From the NCBI GenBank assembly GCA_025603075.1, contig MU626352.1, forward strand, positions 17,437-81,436: a stretch of DNA of 64,000 nucleotides. The letters run 5' to 3'. The notes beneath the pieces were generated by a model, which saw only the letters and a program-made list of their open reading frames with translations, ran no database searches and was not told where the DNA came from. Source of the stretch: Neoconidiobolus thromboides FSU 785 (Eukaryota; Fungi; Entomophthoromycota). Position numbers and translations under genes: made by a program. Shown here in pieces: positions 39,874 through 52,572 of this stretch (position 1 is its first letter; each line of letters opens with the position of its first letter).

Positions 39874-41233
39874 TTGAAAGTTATAAGTTACTCTGGAAAT
39901 TATCTTAAATAGTAAATTATAAATAAAATTCGAATGAAATCATTTAATTTTTGACATTTTTAAATGTTCGTTTAATTCATATATTCAACTATAATTTGAT
40001 TTTGATTATCTCAACAGTGGACTATTCCTCAAAAACTAACTCTAAAAATGATTTTATCTAGTCTAAAAAGTTTTTTTCCTTCCATTACCTTACTTTATTT
40101 TGTTTTCCTTGATTTTCATTGTTTTAGCAGAGTAAATTAATATGAAATCTGATTGGCTCTTCCGAGATTTGTAAAGTACATTCAGAAATAACAACCTAAG
40201 CCTTTGAATACCAAAAACGAATTAAATGCAAAAATTTTCAGATCGAAATAAAATCATCATAAGAGCTAGATTCATTGTCTAACTTAGCCCTAATTGGGCA
40301 AAAATCTGCTTCAATAGTAAAAGGTTAAAAAATTCTGGCCCAATCAAACAGAGTTTTTGAAAACTTGTTATTCAAAGGGTTAGAAATGAAGATAACTTGA
40401 AAATAAATTTAAAATTGTAAATATTAATTCATTAATTCATTCATTCGTTTAGCATCTTGTTAAAATATTTTTTGATAAAACTAACCTTTTATATCATTAA
40501 TTAAAATCTAAATTGACAACCTAACTTAAATCTCACTTTAAAATTAGTTTATGAATTAATTAAAAGGAATATTTTGAATGAGAATGTTTTTTTACCAAGA
40601 TCAATTTTGTTAAAACAAGCATATAAAGCATCCTTTAAACTTATTTAGTTTCATTACTGCTATATTAAAATGATTTTAATTCTTAAATCTTTAAATTGAA
40701 CAAAATATTACTTGTTATAAATAATCGATCGTACATTAAACATTTATTTAAAACACTATATATATTTGGTAAATACTTAAATGTACTTATTAGAGACTAT
40801 TCACCTAATTTAAATTGGTTTAGTTATAATTTATTTCACTTTAATTAATATTTGATTACGCAAGCTTGCTTTTTATCCCTCCAATAAAATTAAATTTTTT
40901 AAAAATAAGTTTTATTTTAGAGCCACAAAATTATTATTAGTTAAATTTACCACTCTTTTTAATAAAGGACAAGCAAAAATTTACCATAAATAAAATGAGT
41001 CTTTTTAAAATAATATAGTGGAGTCAAAAATAAAAACTAACAAATTTATTAAAGCTTGAGCCTTTAATAAAAATCAAGAAATTAAATTAAAAGTTCAATA
41101 AACTAAGAATGACCTTAAATATATAAGATTAAATGAATAGAGCCATAAATTTTATAGCTGAGGATGTTGAAGCCAAATAGACATATATAGATCAAATTGA
41201 TAGTTGAACATTACATTGGGTTATTTTTATGGT

Positions 41234-43084
41234 TTACGAAAAATACTCAGAATGTCCAAATGGGTCCATTCCCATAATAGATTCAAGGGAACCAGTAAGG
41301 TCATCTTCATTAAGACCAGAGGCTGCTGAGATCCCAGATGTTTTGGGAGGACTAGTGTGGGCCTCAAGACCTGAAAGAGCATTATCAAAATTAAAAGTAT
41401 AGTCTCCATCATTAATATATGATTCAAATGATACTTTGTCGACTTTAGATCCATTACTGGTTGGTGGTGAAGCTTTTTTATCACTAGTACGTGGTTGGAT
41501 TTGTTGTGGGGTTGCATGAATACTAGTAGTGTTACCTTGGTTACCACCATTTGGAGTGTTTGTATTAAGCTCCATAAACATACTTTCAAAGTTAATGCTA
41601 TTACTATCCAAATCCACAATCTTATTAGTATCCCCTGATTGTGATTGCATTTGAACTTGAGGAGTGGCGCTAACTTTAGCTTGAGTTTGATTTGAGCCTT
41701 GATTTGAGCCTTGATTTGGGGCTTGGCTTTGGTTTGGATTGAAATTCATATTACCTTGTTGCATAGGGTTTTGCATTCCATTTGGTCCCATATGTTGTTG
41801 CATTGCCTGATTCATCTGCTGGTGCTGCATTACCTGCTGTTGACTCATACCCTGTTGTTGCATTGCCTGGTGCATCATATTTTGTTGCATTAAAGCGTTC
41901 ATTTGTTGCATTTGCTGGAGACTAGACATTTGATTGGGGTCTATTGGGGCTGAAGCAGAATTGGGTCCTTGCCCAGGAGTATTCTGAGAATTTTGGGCCT
42001 TCATTGCTTGAGCCTGTTTGTGATGCTCTACAAAAGCAGCTTGCTGAATTTGCATGTTATTACGGGTTTGCATGTTTTGATTACCTTGAGCATAAGGACG
42101 CATCATCCTTGGATTAACCATAAGCTGTCCATTGCTATTAATTCCAATTTGACGCTGAAAGTTTTGCTGGGCTACAAATTGTTGCTGTTGGAAAGCATGC
42201 ATCTGTCCTTGAAGATTACGCATCAAAGCAGGGTTGTTCGCCATCATAGTATTGGGACGTGACATGTTTGCCAATAAGGCTGGGTTGACTTGATTTGGTT
42301 GCATCATTTGTGGATTACCTTGATTTGGTTGCATCATTTGTGGGTTCCCCTGATTGGGTTGCATTACCTGTGGAGTGCCTTGCATTACTTGTAGGTTGTT
42401 TGGCATGTTTTGTCCGGGAGTTCCCATTGGATTTTGATTAGGATGAGGTGGGCCATTTTGACTTGCCCCTGGTCCATTAGGGCCATTACCTGGCCAAGCT
42501 TGAATTGGAAAATTATTAGGTGGGATTGAAATAGTTTGAGGACGAGCTGGAGTGCCAACATTGTTTTGGGTTGATGGGGTAGCTGATCCTTGAGGATTTC
42601 TTGGTGTCTTATTAGCATTACCATTTTTTGGTGTGGCACCTGGAGGAGGGTTTTGAGGAATTGTATAGCCTTGTTCATCCTTGACGATTTGTTGATCAGG
42701 TCTACCATTTTGCTGCTTGGAAGGAGCTTGTTGGTGAGTAAGGTCGCTTCCACCGTTAGGAAATTCATCTTTGACCTTATTGGCTTTAAGTTTTTCAATT
42801 GAAGGCTCGTTTGATAAAATATCGTCAACCAACTTCCTCACTCTTACATCTTTATTGTCAGTCTGGGTACGACTATCAAGATACATAACCCAAAAAGGCT
42901 CGAACCAATCTTGTAAAAAGATAACACCGCCCTCAGCAACTTCTTTAGCAGCAATCTGTGCTTCGACAATAAAAGCAGCTGCGGCACTTACATGATTTTT
43001 TTTGATGAGATAATCATATATAAAGGTGGCAAGTGCCTTGTCTGGGTCTTCAATAAGCGGAATAGGATTTGTGTAAGTTTTCAT
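41234..43084 (-). CDS. LisH/LUFS-domain Gln-rich transcriptional regulator (Flo8/Mss11/SomA/SSDP-like)
   Basis: LATFIYDYLIKKNHVSAAAAFIVEA followed by FLQDWFEPFWVMY, then a long Q/N/P/M-rich low-complexity region and an acidic C-terminus. Intronless. Confidence 0.75.
   Translation of the reverse strand: MKTYTNPIPLIEDPDKALATFIYDYLIKKNHVSAAAAFIVEAQIAAKEVAEGGVIFLQDWFEPFWVMYLDSRTQTDNKDVRVRKLVDDILSNEPSIEKLKANKVKDEFPNGGSDLTHQQAPSKQQNGRPDQQIVKDEQGYTIPQNPPPGATPKNGNANKTPRNPQGSATPSTQNNVGTPARPQTISIPPNNFPIQAWPGNGPNGPGASQNGPPHPNQNPMGTPGQNMPNNLQVMQGTPQVMQPNQGNPQMMQPNQGNPQMMQPNQVNPALLANMSRPNTMMANNPALMRNLQGQMHAFQQQQFVAQQNFQRQIGINSNGQLMVNPRMMRPYAQGNQNMQTRNNMQIQQAAFVEHHKQAQAMKAQNSQNTPGQGPNSASAPIDPNQMSSLQQMQQMNALMQQNMMHQAMQQQGMSQQQVMQHQQMNQAMQQHMGPNGMQNPMQQGNMNFNPNQSQAPNQGSNQGSNQTQAKVSATPQVQMQSQSGDTNKIVDLDSNSINFESMFMELNTNTPNGGNQGNTTSIHATPQQIQPRTSDKKASPPTSNGSKVDKVSFESYINDGDYTFNFDNALSGLEAHTSPPKTSGISAASGLNEDDLTGSLESIMGMDPFGHSEYFS
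42291..42370 (-). repeat. 30-bp coding tandem repeat (QPNQGNPQMM, about 2.7 copies)
   Basis: Directly visible TGATTTGGTTGCATCATTTGTGG... units. Confidence 0.85.
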
Positions 43085-43404
43085 CTTCGAACCAAGTGTT
43101 TATTAAAGTGGCGCTTAAAGACAAAAATGCTAATAAACAGTAAATTACTAGATTGAAATTAAACTTTGAATAGAAAAAACAAAATAAAATCTTTTATAGC
43201 TAAGCACCCCCTAATTTTGCAGCTTTAAAATAAGGAAAGATTTGAAAAAATGGGCAAATTAATTATATTGAATTTTAATAATCTGATTTTAATCTACTAA
43301 TAAAATAACATTTAATGCCAAAAAACTCCTTAAAATCCACAAATTAAATGTGATTATATGTTAAAAAGTCATAATTTCTTCCCAAAAATAATTGTTTGAA
43401 AATG

Positions 43405-43615
43405 ATTGGTAGAGTCGCTTTATGAAATTAACCAATGAAATCTCGCAATCTAGGAGAGTTATCCTGTGATTGGTATAGTCGTTAGAGTCAATTTTCTTTA
43501 CCCAATTAAAACTCGCATATTTAATTAGCATGTTTCAAACGCTATTATGCTTGTCTAAATAAAGTCAATCAACTTTAATATAACTTTACCAACTCAAACA
43601 CTCGGGTTTTATTGG
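43405..43615. promoter_or_regulatory. cluster of five CCAAT/ATTGG pentamers upstream of the LisH gene
   Basis: ATTGG or CCAAT at 43405, 43432, 43469, 43502 and 43611, 320-530 bp upstream of the ATG. Function is inferred only. Confidence 0.35.
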
Positions 43616-45847
43616 CTATGTCTAAAACTTGGTTTCAATTTAACATTTTTTTTTAATATATTTTCATGTGAGAAAAAATCATAACACTATTTAAATATCA
43701 ACATTCTATTATACTACGACTCTACCTTTCCTTCTATCTTTTCTTTAATAATACTTCTTTTTTTAGAGATAAGCTATTTGATAACTTTTTAGTCCTTTAA
43801 AAGTTTTAAATAAACTACTCAAGCGAAGAATTATACTACGATGCTATACAATGTTAGCATAAAATTAAGTTTATATGATAAAACGTTTAAAAGCTGATAA
43901 ACAAAGTTAAAGTATGAAAATTAGACTATGATCTTTACGGTATATCACTCTATTTAAACTTGTTACAAATTGCTCAAATCGTTAATGCTGTAATGTAATT
44001 TAATATTTTAATATTTGTGTTATTTTAAACTTTTTCCAATAACATATTCTTTTTTTTCTCATAAGCCTGAGAGCATGTTTATTGCAGTATTTAAGATATC
44101 TATTTAAATTCAAGTGTAATACGTATAGCTGTCATTTTTATAACCACTAATTTGTATTGTCATGCTGATTTAAAGTTTAAATTCATATTCTTAAATAAGT
44201 GGTTGACTAGCACACATTTGAACCTAAACAGTTCCAAATTGACTAATTTTGTTAAACCTCAAAAGAGTGAAGCTTCCAAGTATTTTACTATTAAAGATAA
44301 AAATTATTTGGAATTTAATCTATTACATTAATAGATTAATGGATGAGGAGCAGTAGGAGATCAATGAGCAGGAACTATTTGAAAAGTAGGAAATCATCTG
44401 ATTCTAGCTTATTCGGCTTTTGATTTGAGTAAATTATACTTAATATCTAAGTAATCTAGTTTGTACGGTTCTGCTCAAGTGTGAAATAAAACACACCTTT
44501 CTTGAAAATATTTTTTTATCTAAACAAAAGTAGCACTTTGATTATTAAAGGATAATTTATACGGGTGTAACGAATTATCAATACCTCGTTACTATGATAA
44601 AGGTTAAGGTGAGAGTAAGAAAGAAGGAAATGTCAAGAGAAGTTGGTCAAAGCTATCGGAAGGTACATTGGAGTGAAAGTATTATTTAGCTTTTTCACTG
44701 TATAAAAATAGATACAAAAGGAAACCAAAAAGACATATACTTGTTAATACTTTTTTAATCTAATAAAAAAAATAAATACATATACTAAGCTTTTCAAATT
44801 TAACTTATTAATATATCTAACGTTTCTTTATTTATTTATAATAATTAAATTTTTTATATATTATTGTTATTCTAAAGCTTGAATAACTGATTTTAAGTAA
44901 TGTGTTTATTGATTTATCTTTTAACTCTTGATTCACTGAAAGTTAATCAAGCTATTATTGCATAAAAGAATATTATTTTTAAAATGTTATTATAACTACT
45001 CTTTAAATTGGTGCCACTTTAATTCCAAATTTAGGTTATTACTTTTGAAAACCCGAGCATTTGTTCTAAAAAGTTTAATTTATTATTATCCTTTAAACCA
45101 AGGTAGAGTTTAACTTGAAAGTTCAGCTTTTAAAAGTTACTTTTAGAGACAATATTTTCATTTTGATTATTGATTCTTATATTCATAGAAATGTATTATT
45201 TTGTTTACCATTTCAAAATCAAGTTTAATTAAATGAATTTAATGTTATGAAGCTTTAAATTTTAGTAATGTAAATAGTTAATATCCATAAATCGGGACTA
45301 TAATATTAACAATGATGCGCTTTGAAGAGAAATCATCAAGGTATCTAAGAGCAGCGTCGATTTCACTAATCAAACCATAACATCATAAAGAGTTGCGTGT
45401 ATTGATATTGAAGCTAACAACTTGAAAGCACTAAGCTTTATTTCGTTTTATTATCATCGCTAATTCCCTTTGGGAATAATTAACTTAAATAGTAAACTGC
45501 AATAGATCTTAATTAATAGAATAAATAAATAATACAAATAGACTATCTTTTTACCCAATATAACTATAGCCCAATTACCTCATTAGTATTCTATTAATTA
45601 ATACTTCATGCTTTAAACAGTATTGAATGTGAAGTTGGCAAATGTTTATTATCAAATCAAACGCCAAATATAATAAATTATTAGTTATAACCTTTAAACA
45701 TTGATTAAAGTCAAGAATATGATAATAAATCAAAGCCACGAATACATTAATAGTGATAATAAATTAAAACTATATATAAGGAAAATTCAATGAGACAATT
45801 ATTAAAAATATGGTAAAGTTATAAGTTATTTATTAGTTGTATAGTAC

Positions 45848-46345
45848 TCAAGACCAGTATGAGCCATAAGAAGGAGGAACAGCACAAAAATTTACATTAG
45901 AATATTCTAAAGAATATCCATCCATATAATATGAGAAATGATCACAAAGAGGAAAAACATTGCTAGCAACCTGCGGCGCAGATAAAGGGGATGAGTAAAG
46001 AACAACATCTATTGGTAGTGTTACATTTGAAGCTATAGTTGGTGTTATAAATTCTTTGGATACATTTGTGTCTTCAAATCCTTCATCTTGCTCGTATAAC
46101 AGATGTATATTACTAACATCAAAGTTGACAAATCTATTTTCTCCATCAGTGGAGTGACCATTTTCTAACTCATGAATTTTGGCTTTGAATCTGCTACCTG
46201 TTCTCCCCCGTTTGTTATTTTTTTTGAAATAAGTGCATTCTTTTGCTTCATCTATACAATGCTGACATTTCAATCCCATCTTAATACACCTTCGTCTCCT
46301 TAACTTACAGTAGTCACAAGCTTGAATGCAATGTTTATCACCCAT
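45848..46345 (-). CDS. small Zn(II)2Cys6 transcription factor, paralog of 27401-28201
   Basis: CDYC-x6-C-x6-CQHC-x6-C, plus shared motifs CIQAC, NNKRG and NFDxSNIHLLY. Confidence 0.85.
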   Translation of the reverse strand: MGDKHCIQACDYCKLRRRRCIKMGLKCQHCIDEAKECTYFKKNNKRGRTGSRFKAKIHELENGHSTDGENRFVNFDVSNIHLLYEQDEGFEDTNVSKEFITPTIASNVTLPIDVVLYSSPLSAPQVASNVFPLCDHFSYYMDGYSLEYSNVNFCAVPPSYGSYWS

Positions 46346-48093
46346 TTTATTTTTTTGTTTCGGCTATCTTGAAGTCTATTTATATAACCTTACTCCAATA
46401 TTTCCTATAAATATCGTTATGACTAGATACTTTCTTTATTTGGAAAGTACGTTCTGTCAGCAGTTCCCCACAACTCCAATCTAATAAAATACTATCAACA
46501 GTCACTTATTCACTATTTACACTATTTTGAAACTCTTAATCAAGTAAGCTTTAAACTTCCATTTTTGACATACCTTTTTTTATAGCTGGATTAAAGTTCA
46601 AAAACTTGTTTTTAAATCGTGAACTTTATTCTAAGGCTTATGGTTATAGATTCAATATCGGGCTAGCGGTTATTATTTTATCTTTTAAACCAATAGCTTT
46701 ATTTAATATTCAACTTCAGAATAAAAACAAGCTTTATAAACAATAAATAGTTAATTTTTATATTTCCTAATCGCTTTTTAAGTTGAACCGACCTCCGCTT
46801 GAAATTCCTGTTTTACTTACACCATAAAAATAATATTTAATTTTACTCAACTTCGGTAAGCCTCAAAATAGGCTAATAATTAATCAACTCTGTTATGCAA
46901 CTGAACTTTATTTGAATAACTTATTACTATTACGTTTCAGTCGAGGAACTCGAATTTTTCACAAACTGGCTAATATATTAATCATCTCATCACACAGAAA
47001 CACGGGGCTTTTCATAACGAGGTATTAGCAAAGATTCGCCTGATAGTAGCCACTAAGTGAATATATTGAAAATAAAGTGATAGTTATTTGTACTAAAAAT
47101 TAATATATTATACCCCATTAAGAAAAAGTAGAATAAGAATTCAAAAGCTTTATGGAAAATTCAAGCTTTTGGTTTGAATATATGTATAACTTTCAAAGTC
47201 AATTTAACTTCCACTTCGTATCTATTTTTCCGTGATGGAGAACTCTACTAATGCGGTAATTTTAGTGATAATCTTGTCACTTCTGGTCATTAGATTTACT
47301 TTTAAATTTAATACTACGATATCAAGAATTCTAGTAAATTATGCTTTGTTTATTAGTCTAGTATTACAAGGTATGGACAAAGCTTTATAATCACATTTTA
47401 GTAGATAGATCCTTAGTGTACAAATAAGATATACTAATAGTTATTAGGATTTTGCACAAGCCAATGTTAATGACTAATTTGTGGATTTAGATTATAAACA
47501 GATAAAAATTAGTCACAATTCAAGTGTATCATTATTTATCAAGGACATTAGAATGTGCTTTTTGGTTTCATTTAATTATCCATTCTTTATACACCATATA
47601 TTTTAAAAAGGTTATATGATAAATGCTAGAATATAAAAGATTCTATTACGTTTTTTATATATAAAAACATTATATAAGTTGCTAATTACTACGAGTATAT
47701 AAAATATATATATCCGAATTCATTAAGTGGCTACAATATTTAAACTTCTTGAAAGATTGCATAAATTGAAAATCAAAGCTTTATACTAAAGTAATTAGTT
47801 TTAAGTGAAAGTGACTTTTAAAGTTTCAGGCAAAATCATACCCTAATAGCCATAACACCCATATTTATTTTGAATCGTTTTATAGATATTTTAGGATACT
47901 AGACCTAAATAATATTCATTGTACTATATATCAAAGTTTGAATCAGCATTAAACCGAAGCCGATAATCATCATAATCATAAGATTTAATGGTAAGTTGTA
48001 TTTATTAGATTGAAAATAGTTTTACTTTTATACACAGCCATAAAGTCTGAATTTTAATGAAATTAATAATAAAGACGTATGGGAAACGATTAA

Positions 48094-48605
48094 TCAAATA
48101 TGAAGATATAAGCCTAAAAAGAAATCTGGTTCCTGGGTGATGCTACACTTTGAATCATCATCAAAGCTTTACTCACAAAAAATAAGCTCCATTATAATAT
48201 TAATCTTTTTATAACAAGTTTATGGTAACATGTAAGTATACCCAAATCCCATTATAGATACATAATAAACAATATCACTAGTTCTACTGTACCTTCATAT
48301 CTTAGTATCAAAGCTTGAAAAATACTTTAAAAACTATAAGTTAGAAGCCTTGAAAAACCATAAACAAACGCTTGGACCAGACGACTATTACCCTTAGCTT
48401 TCATAAACTTTACCTTATCTGGCATCAAAATCGTGGCCACTGCCGCTCCTAAACTACAACCGGTGTTATGTAAGATATAATTCTTATACTTTGGATTTTC
48501 TAGTACCCTTGTCAGAATCTCTCTAGCTTTAAAATAATTTCTTAAATAATGAGAACAAAAGCTACTATGTACCTCAATCCTAGACCATATGTAAAAATCT
48601 ATCAA
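48094..48605 (-). pseudogene. class-3 (fungal) lipase pseudogene fragment
   Basis: VHSSF...NPKYKNYILHNTGCSLGAAVAT (GxSLG nucleophile elbow), VYGFSRL, then frameshift/stop, then SDIVYYV..GFGY and DDSKCS. No N-terminal exons seen. Confidence 0.7.
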
Positions 48606-49110
48606 ATTTTATTTTAAAAATTAAATAAACGCAAAACCAATCCCAACCTTAACTCTAGAGTAGCTTGACCCTAACTATTTTAGCCTTAACTTGATAATTT
48701 TGGTATATAGTCCATTTGTTTTAATTAAGAACCTCAGTTGTACTTTGTTTTTTATCAATATCATTTATAAATTTACAACTGTGTAAATTGAGCTTTAAAT
48801 CATGCTTCAATATAAAAAGTACCAAAATTTTCAGTACTAGTAATTTAGATGAAAGTCCATAACTAATAGTCCTTTAAAAAACAAGCATTTTAACTTTTAT
48901 ATTTATTGATCTGATTACTGATTTGCATTTTCAAAGTTCAGGGTTACCAAATTTGGGAATACATATAAATTAAATTTAATTAACAGTTAAAATAATTGAA
49001 AATAGTGAGTGATATTAAAAATTGTATACCATTTGAGATATAAAATACATTTTGAAAAATCAGCTATTTAGTAAAGATAGCTATTTTTAAATTTCATTAG
49101 TTTTAATCAT

Positions 49111-49213
49111 TTAGGGATGTATTTTTTTGTTTAAGAATTTTACTAACGATCTTTTCACTCAAATAGTGCTTAAAAAATAGAAAAAGTAATGAAATAAAAA
49201 AAAACATCCCCAT
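49111..49213 (+). mobile_element. MITE copy 12
   Basis: Near-consensus full copy. Confidence 0.85.
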
Positions 49214-49558
49214 TTGTTACTTAATTAAAAAAGTGAATTTCTATGACCATGTTTTTTTGCTACGAAATTAATCAAAAATGCTTTAAAATTATAAACAAAA
49301 AAATCATACAATAATGAATTGAAAAAAAACATTTACATATATCAGTTATTCTATTATTTTAAAAAATAGTTACTTTTATGATTCATATTGTGACTTTCCA
49401 ACAATCTACTCTCCTTGAGTTAAATCATAAACGTATATTTTGCAATCAATCAATTTAAATGAAATAAAAAAGTTAGGAAATAAAATTAAAAAATAATATA
49501 AACTAAATTTATACATAAAGAGGAGTAATTATTCTATAGAAAACCTGCATATCAATTA

Positions 49559-50348
49559 TTATAAAGTGACATTAGCAATTTCTTTTTTCAATGGGATTAA
49601 AAACTGATCCTTAACAAAATTACGAAATTGTTCAAACTGTTCTTCTTTCTCCCCAAGCTGTCTTTTTAACTCTTCAACCTCTTTTTTTAATCTATTGATC
49701 TCCTTTTCTTGTGCTAAGAGTATTAAATTATTACTAAACAAAATAAATTACTTTAGCAGTACCTGTTTCATTGTCTACTTCCGCTTCATTCCCAGTATCG
49801 TCTGAGTCTTCTAATATGTCTTCAAATTCTAAAAATGCTATTAATTACGAGTTACTTTAACATTCCAAAAAATACCATATAATAGAGCGTCATCGTCCAT
49901 AGCTGGAATTAAATATTTTTCATCTTGTATAACACCCCAATCCAAATTACCAAGCTCGAATACTTCATTATTTACTTGCTGAATAAATAAAATCAATCAG
50001 AATTAAAACAATAACAAATAATGAACTACCTTTTCTCTTAAAAAGTTAAATAATTTTAAGGAGTTATAAAAATCCAAATCTATATAAATTAGACCCAAAT
50101 ATAAAATCAAGAATTGACGAATTACTTTTCTCCTTTTTTAACTTTAAAAAATCGAAGCCGTGCTCTTGTTTAAAATGCTCAAACAACTTAGTAATGCTTA
50201 CCTCCTCCATTTCACAGAATAAGCATTTCTTTATATCTTCATCACTTTCCCAATCATCCCACCTTTCCTCTATGATCATTAATATATTCTTGAAATGCTT
50301 GAATAATTTACCTTCTGCATCAATTTGTGATTCGGTTGGAGAGTTCAT
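49559..50348 (-). CDS. stand-alone PRMT3/Rmt3-type N-terminal C2H2 zinc-finger module plus coiled coil (6 exons, ~190 aa)
   Basis: Spliced by eye: WDDW..CLFC..LFEHFKQEHGFDF..K / LDFYNSLKLFNFLR / DEKYLIPAMDDDALLY / EFEDILED / QEKEINRLKKEVEEL..FEQFRNFV..TL*. This matches the Rmt3/PRMT3 N-terminus. No SAM-binding domain follows. Confidence 0.75.
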
Positions 50349-51942
50349 TTTAAAAAAAATTAAAAAAAAGTTTTTTTTTTAAAATAGCCAATTGCTATCG
50401 AAATTTAATTAAAAAGAGTAGCAAATTAAATGAGACTTGTTTTGGGTAAATCTACCGTTTTTTAGTAATTTTGATAACTTTTATCAAGCATAGCCAAGTG
50501 GGATATATTCCATACCATTAAATAGCTAATAAGAACGCAACTTGTTAAACTAGTATACTCATAAGACCACAATATAATAATAATACCTTTATTTAGCATA
50601 AAGAACATACAAATCTACAGATATTATCGATTTTATTTAATAAATCATTTATATATTTCACTTAACTTAAAGTAGATTATTGAAAACAATAGGAGCAAGC
50701 TTATTTGCATGCTTGCTTCAATAGGTTTGATAAAAGTCAAATAAAAAATGTTTAAATAGTCAAAACCAGTCACATTGTATCTGATTTTTAGTGGCTCTCA
50801 CACTTTAATCACCAGTTTTAAAATAGTATAAAATAATGATAAAGTGACTATTTTTAATAATAGGAGAATTATTTGAATTATTTAAAACATTGTTACTGCT
50901 ATCTATTTATAGTTGTTATCGCCCATTTTGCCACCAGGTCCGAAGCAGTATGAAGCAATAGTGAAGCGACCATTTAGAATAATAAGAAACACATTTGAGC
51001 TATTAAAAGTAGTAAAAACTCCTTCTATTTCTAGTAAATGTCACTTATTAAATAGAAATATTAAAACAATATGAAATAAACCCAATTAAAACTTTTCAAT
51101 TGATTACATTTTATATTTGATTACCCTTTAGATCAATATATAAAATGTCGTATTAAAGGTTACTTTTGATATTGTGAACCAATTACACCACATCTAGTTA
51201 TTGAAAAATATAAGTTGCTTCGAAAGCTTTTTTAAATTCTTATACTTAGGTTTTCTCTCTCTTTCTAAAATAGTATTCCAACTAGGGTATACTATGATAA
51301 GAAAACCTAATTTAATAGTAAAACAAAAATAACTGGAACTAAAACTTAAATCGGAATCCCACTTTAATAAAATTAGAATTATATAATCTATTTAAAATAG
51401 ATTATAGTATGATTAATGACCAAAATGTTTCAAATTGATAGAAAGTTCAATTATCGGAACAAGTATTTATATACAACTACTTAATATAAATATGCAATGT
51501 ATAACTATGAAGCAAATGTTTATAGCATACATATGATATATTTAAACTATGGGCGTTCTAACTTTAAAGCATCAATTTAACTAACTTTATTAACATAAGC
51601 TGTCTAAAGAGCATTTTATTGAACATTAATAAAATATAATATATAAAATACAAAAGAACTAACTATAAAACATAATCCATCCAATTTGTATCAAGTTTTG
51701 TTAGTTTAATTAGGAAATCTACATAAATAAGCTAAGTTTTAATATTGTTAATAAATAAACTTTAAAATAAATCCCAAATGCTCACCTATTTATTAAAAAA
51801 TATGGTGAAAATCGTCTTAAAAAAGCAATTGCAGGTCACTAAAAATAAATTGTTTATTCCTATTAAAAAAACTATTTATATTAAAGCATTCATCTAACTC
51901 TGTCTTTTATTTACATCTTTTTATCTATTGAAGTGGTTATTG

Positions 51943-52572
51943 ATGAGCCACTTTTACAAATTGCTTGCTTTTATTTTAATAACAAATGTATTATCGAGTG
52001 CTAGTCCACCATGTACTACAACCACCAAACTCACCACAGTGACAGCCAGTTACCTTCGCCCAGAGGGCACTGGAGCTAGCGTCGAAATTCAAAAACCAAT
52101 TATTCAAACCAGAACAATAATTCAATGTCCAACTGAAGCTTCCAAAGTGACGAAGGGAGATAATAACGAATTACAAAACTTCAGAAAGAAAAAAGGCGAC
52201 CGTAATAAATCACGCCCATCAGGTAGAGGATCAAAAAATCATCGAGGACGATTTATAAAAACAAGCGTCTTTAATACTATCTATGACAACAATGGCTCTG
52301 TGGGCTTATCAGGGGTGGACGAGACTAACTCTGGAAGTTTTGTCTATAACCCAATTACTGGTTATTATGAAAAAGACCATAATACGGATGGATCACAAAT
52401 ATTTTATCAAGGCCTAGGAACTTATAACCCTGCTACTTTTGTACCTGCGTCTATGCCACCTAGTAGACAAAAGGGAAATAATAGATACACAATGAATCAA
52501 AAAGAAAATTATAGACATCCTAGGAACCAAAAGGAAAATCGTAACCCTGCGGTTAACCAAAATAAAGATTGA
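51943..52572 (+). CDS. lineage-specific secreted protein (~209 aa)
   Basis: ATG at 51943 gives the signal peptide MSHFYKLLAFILITNVLSSA, followed by a Thr-rich stretch, a basic patch, a Gly/Tyr-rich region and C-terminal NQKEN repeats. Intronless. Confidence 0.7.
   Translation: MSHFYKLLAFILITNVLSSASPPCTTTTKLTTVTASYLRPEGTGASVEIQKPIIQTRTIIQCPTEASKVTKGDNNELQNFRKKKGDRNKSRPSGRGSKNHRGRFIKTSVFNTIYDNNGSVGLSGVDETNSGSFVYNPITGYYEKDHNTDGSQIFYQGLGTYNPATFVPASMPPSRQKGNNRYTMNQKENYRHPRNQKENRNPAVNQNKD

Noticed and set aside
41227-42995. Several short ORFs overlapping the LisH gene (41227, 41711, 41969, 42385, 42590, 42771)
   Set aside because: Antisense or alternate-frame shadows of a relatively GC-rich low-complexity CDS, with no recognisable motifs.
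44340-44402. Possible box C/D snoRNA (GGATGA...CTGA)
   Set aside because: The C box is imperfect, there is no convincing terminal stem or rRNA-complementary guide, and the region looks like degenerate coding or TE sequence.
50693-50719. Hairpin GAGCAAGC-TTATTTGCAT-GCTTGCTTC with an octamer-like loop
   Set aside because: A single short palindrome with no second copy or context supporting a function.
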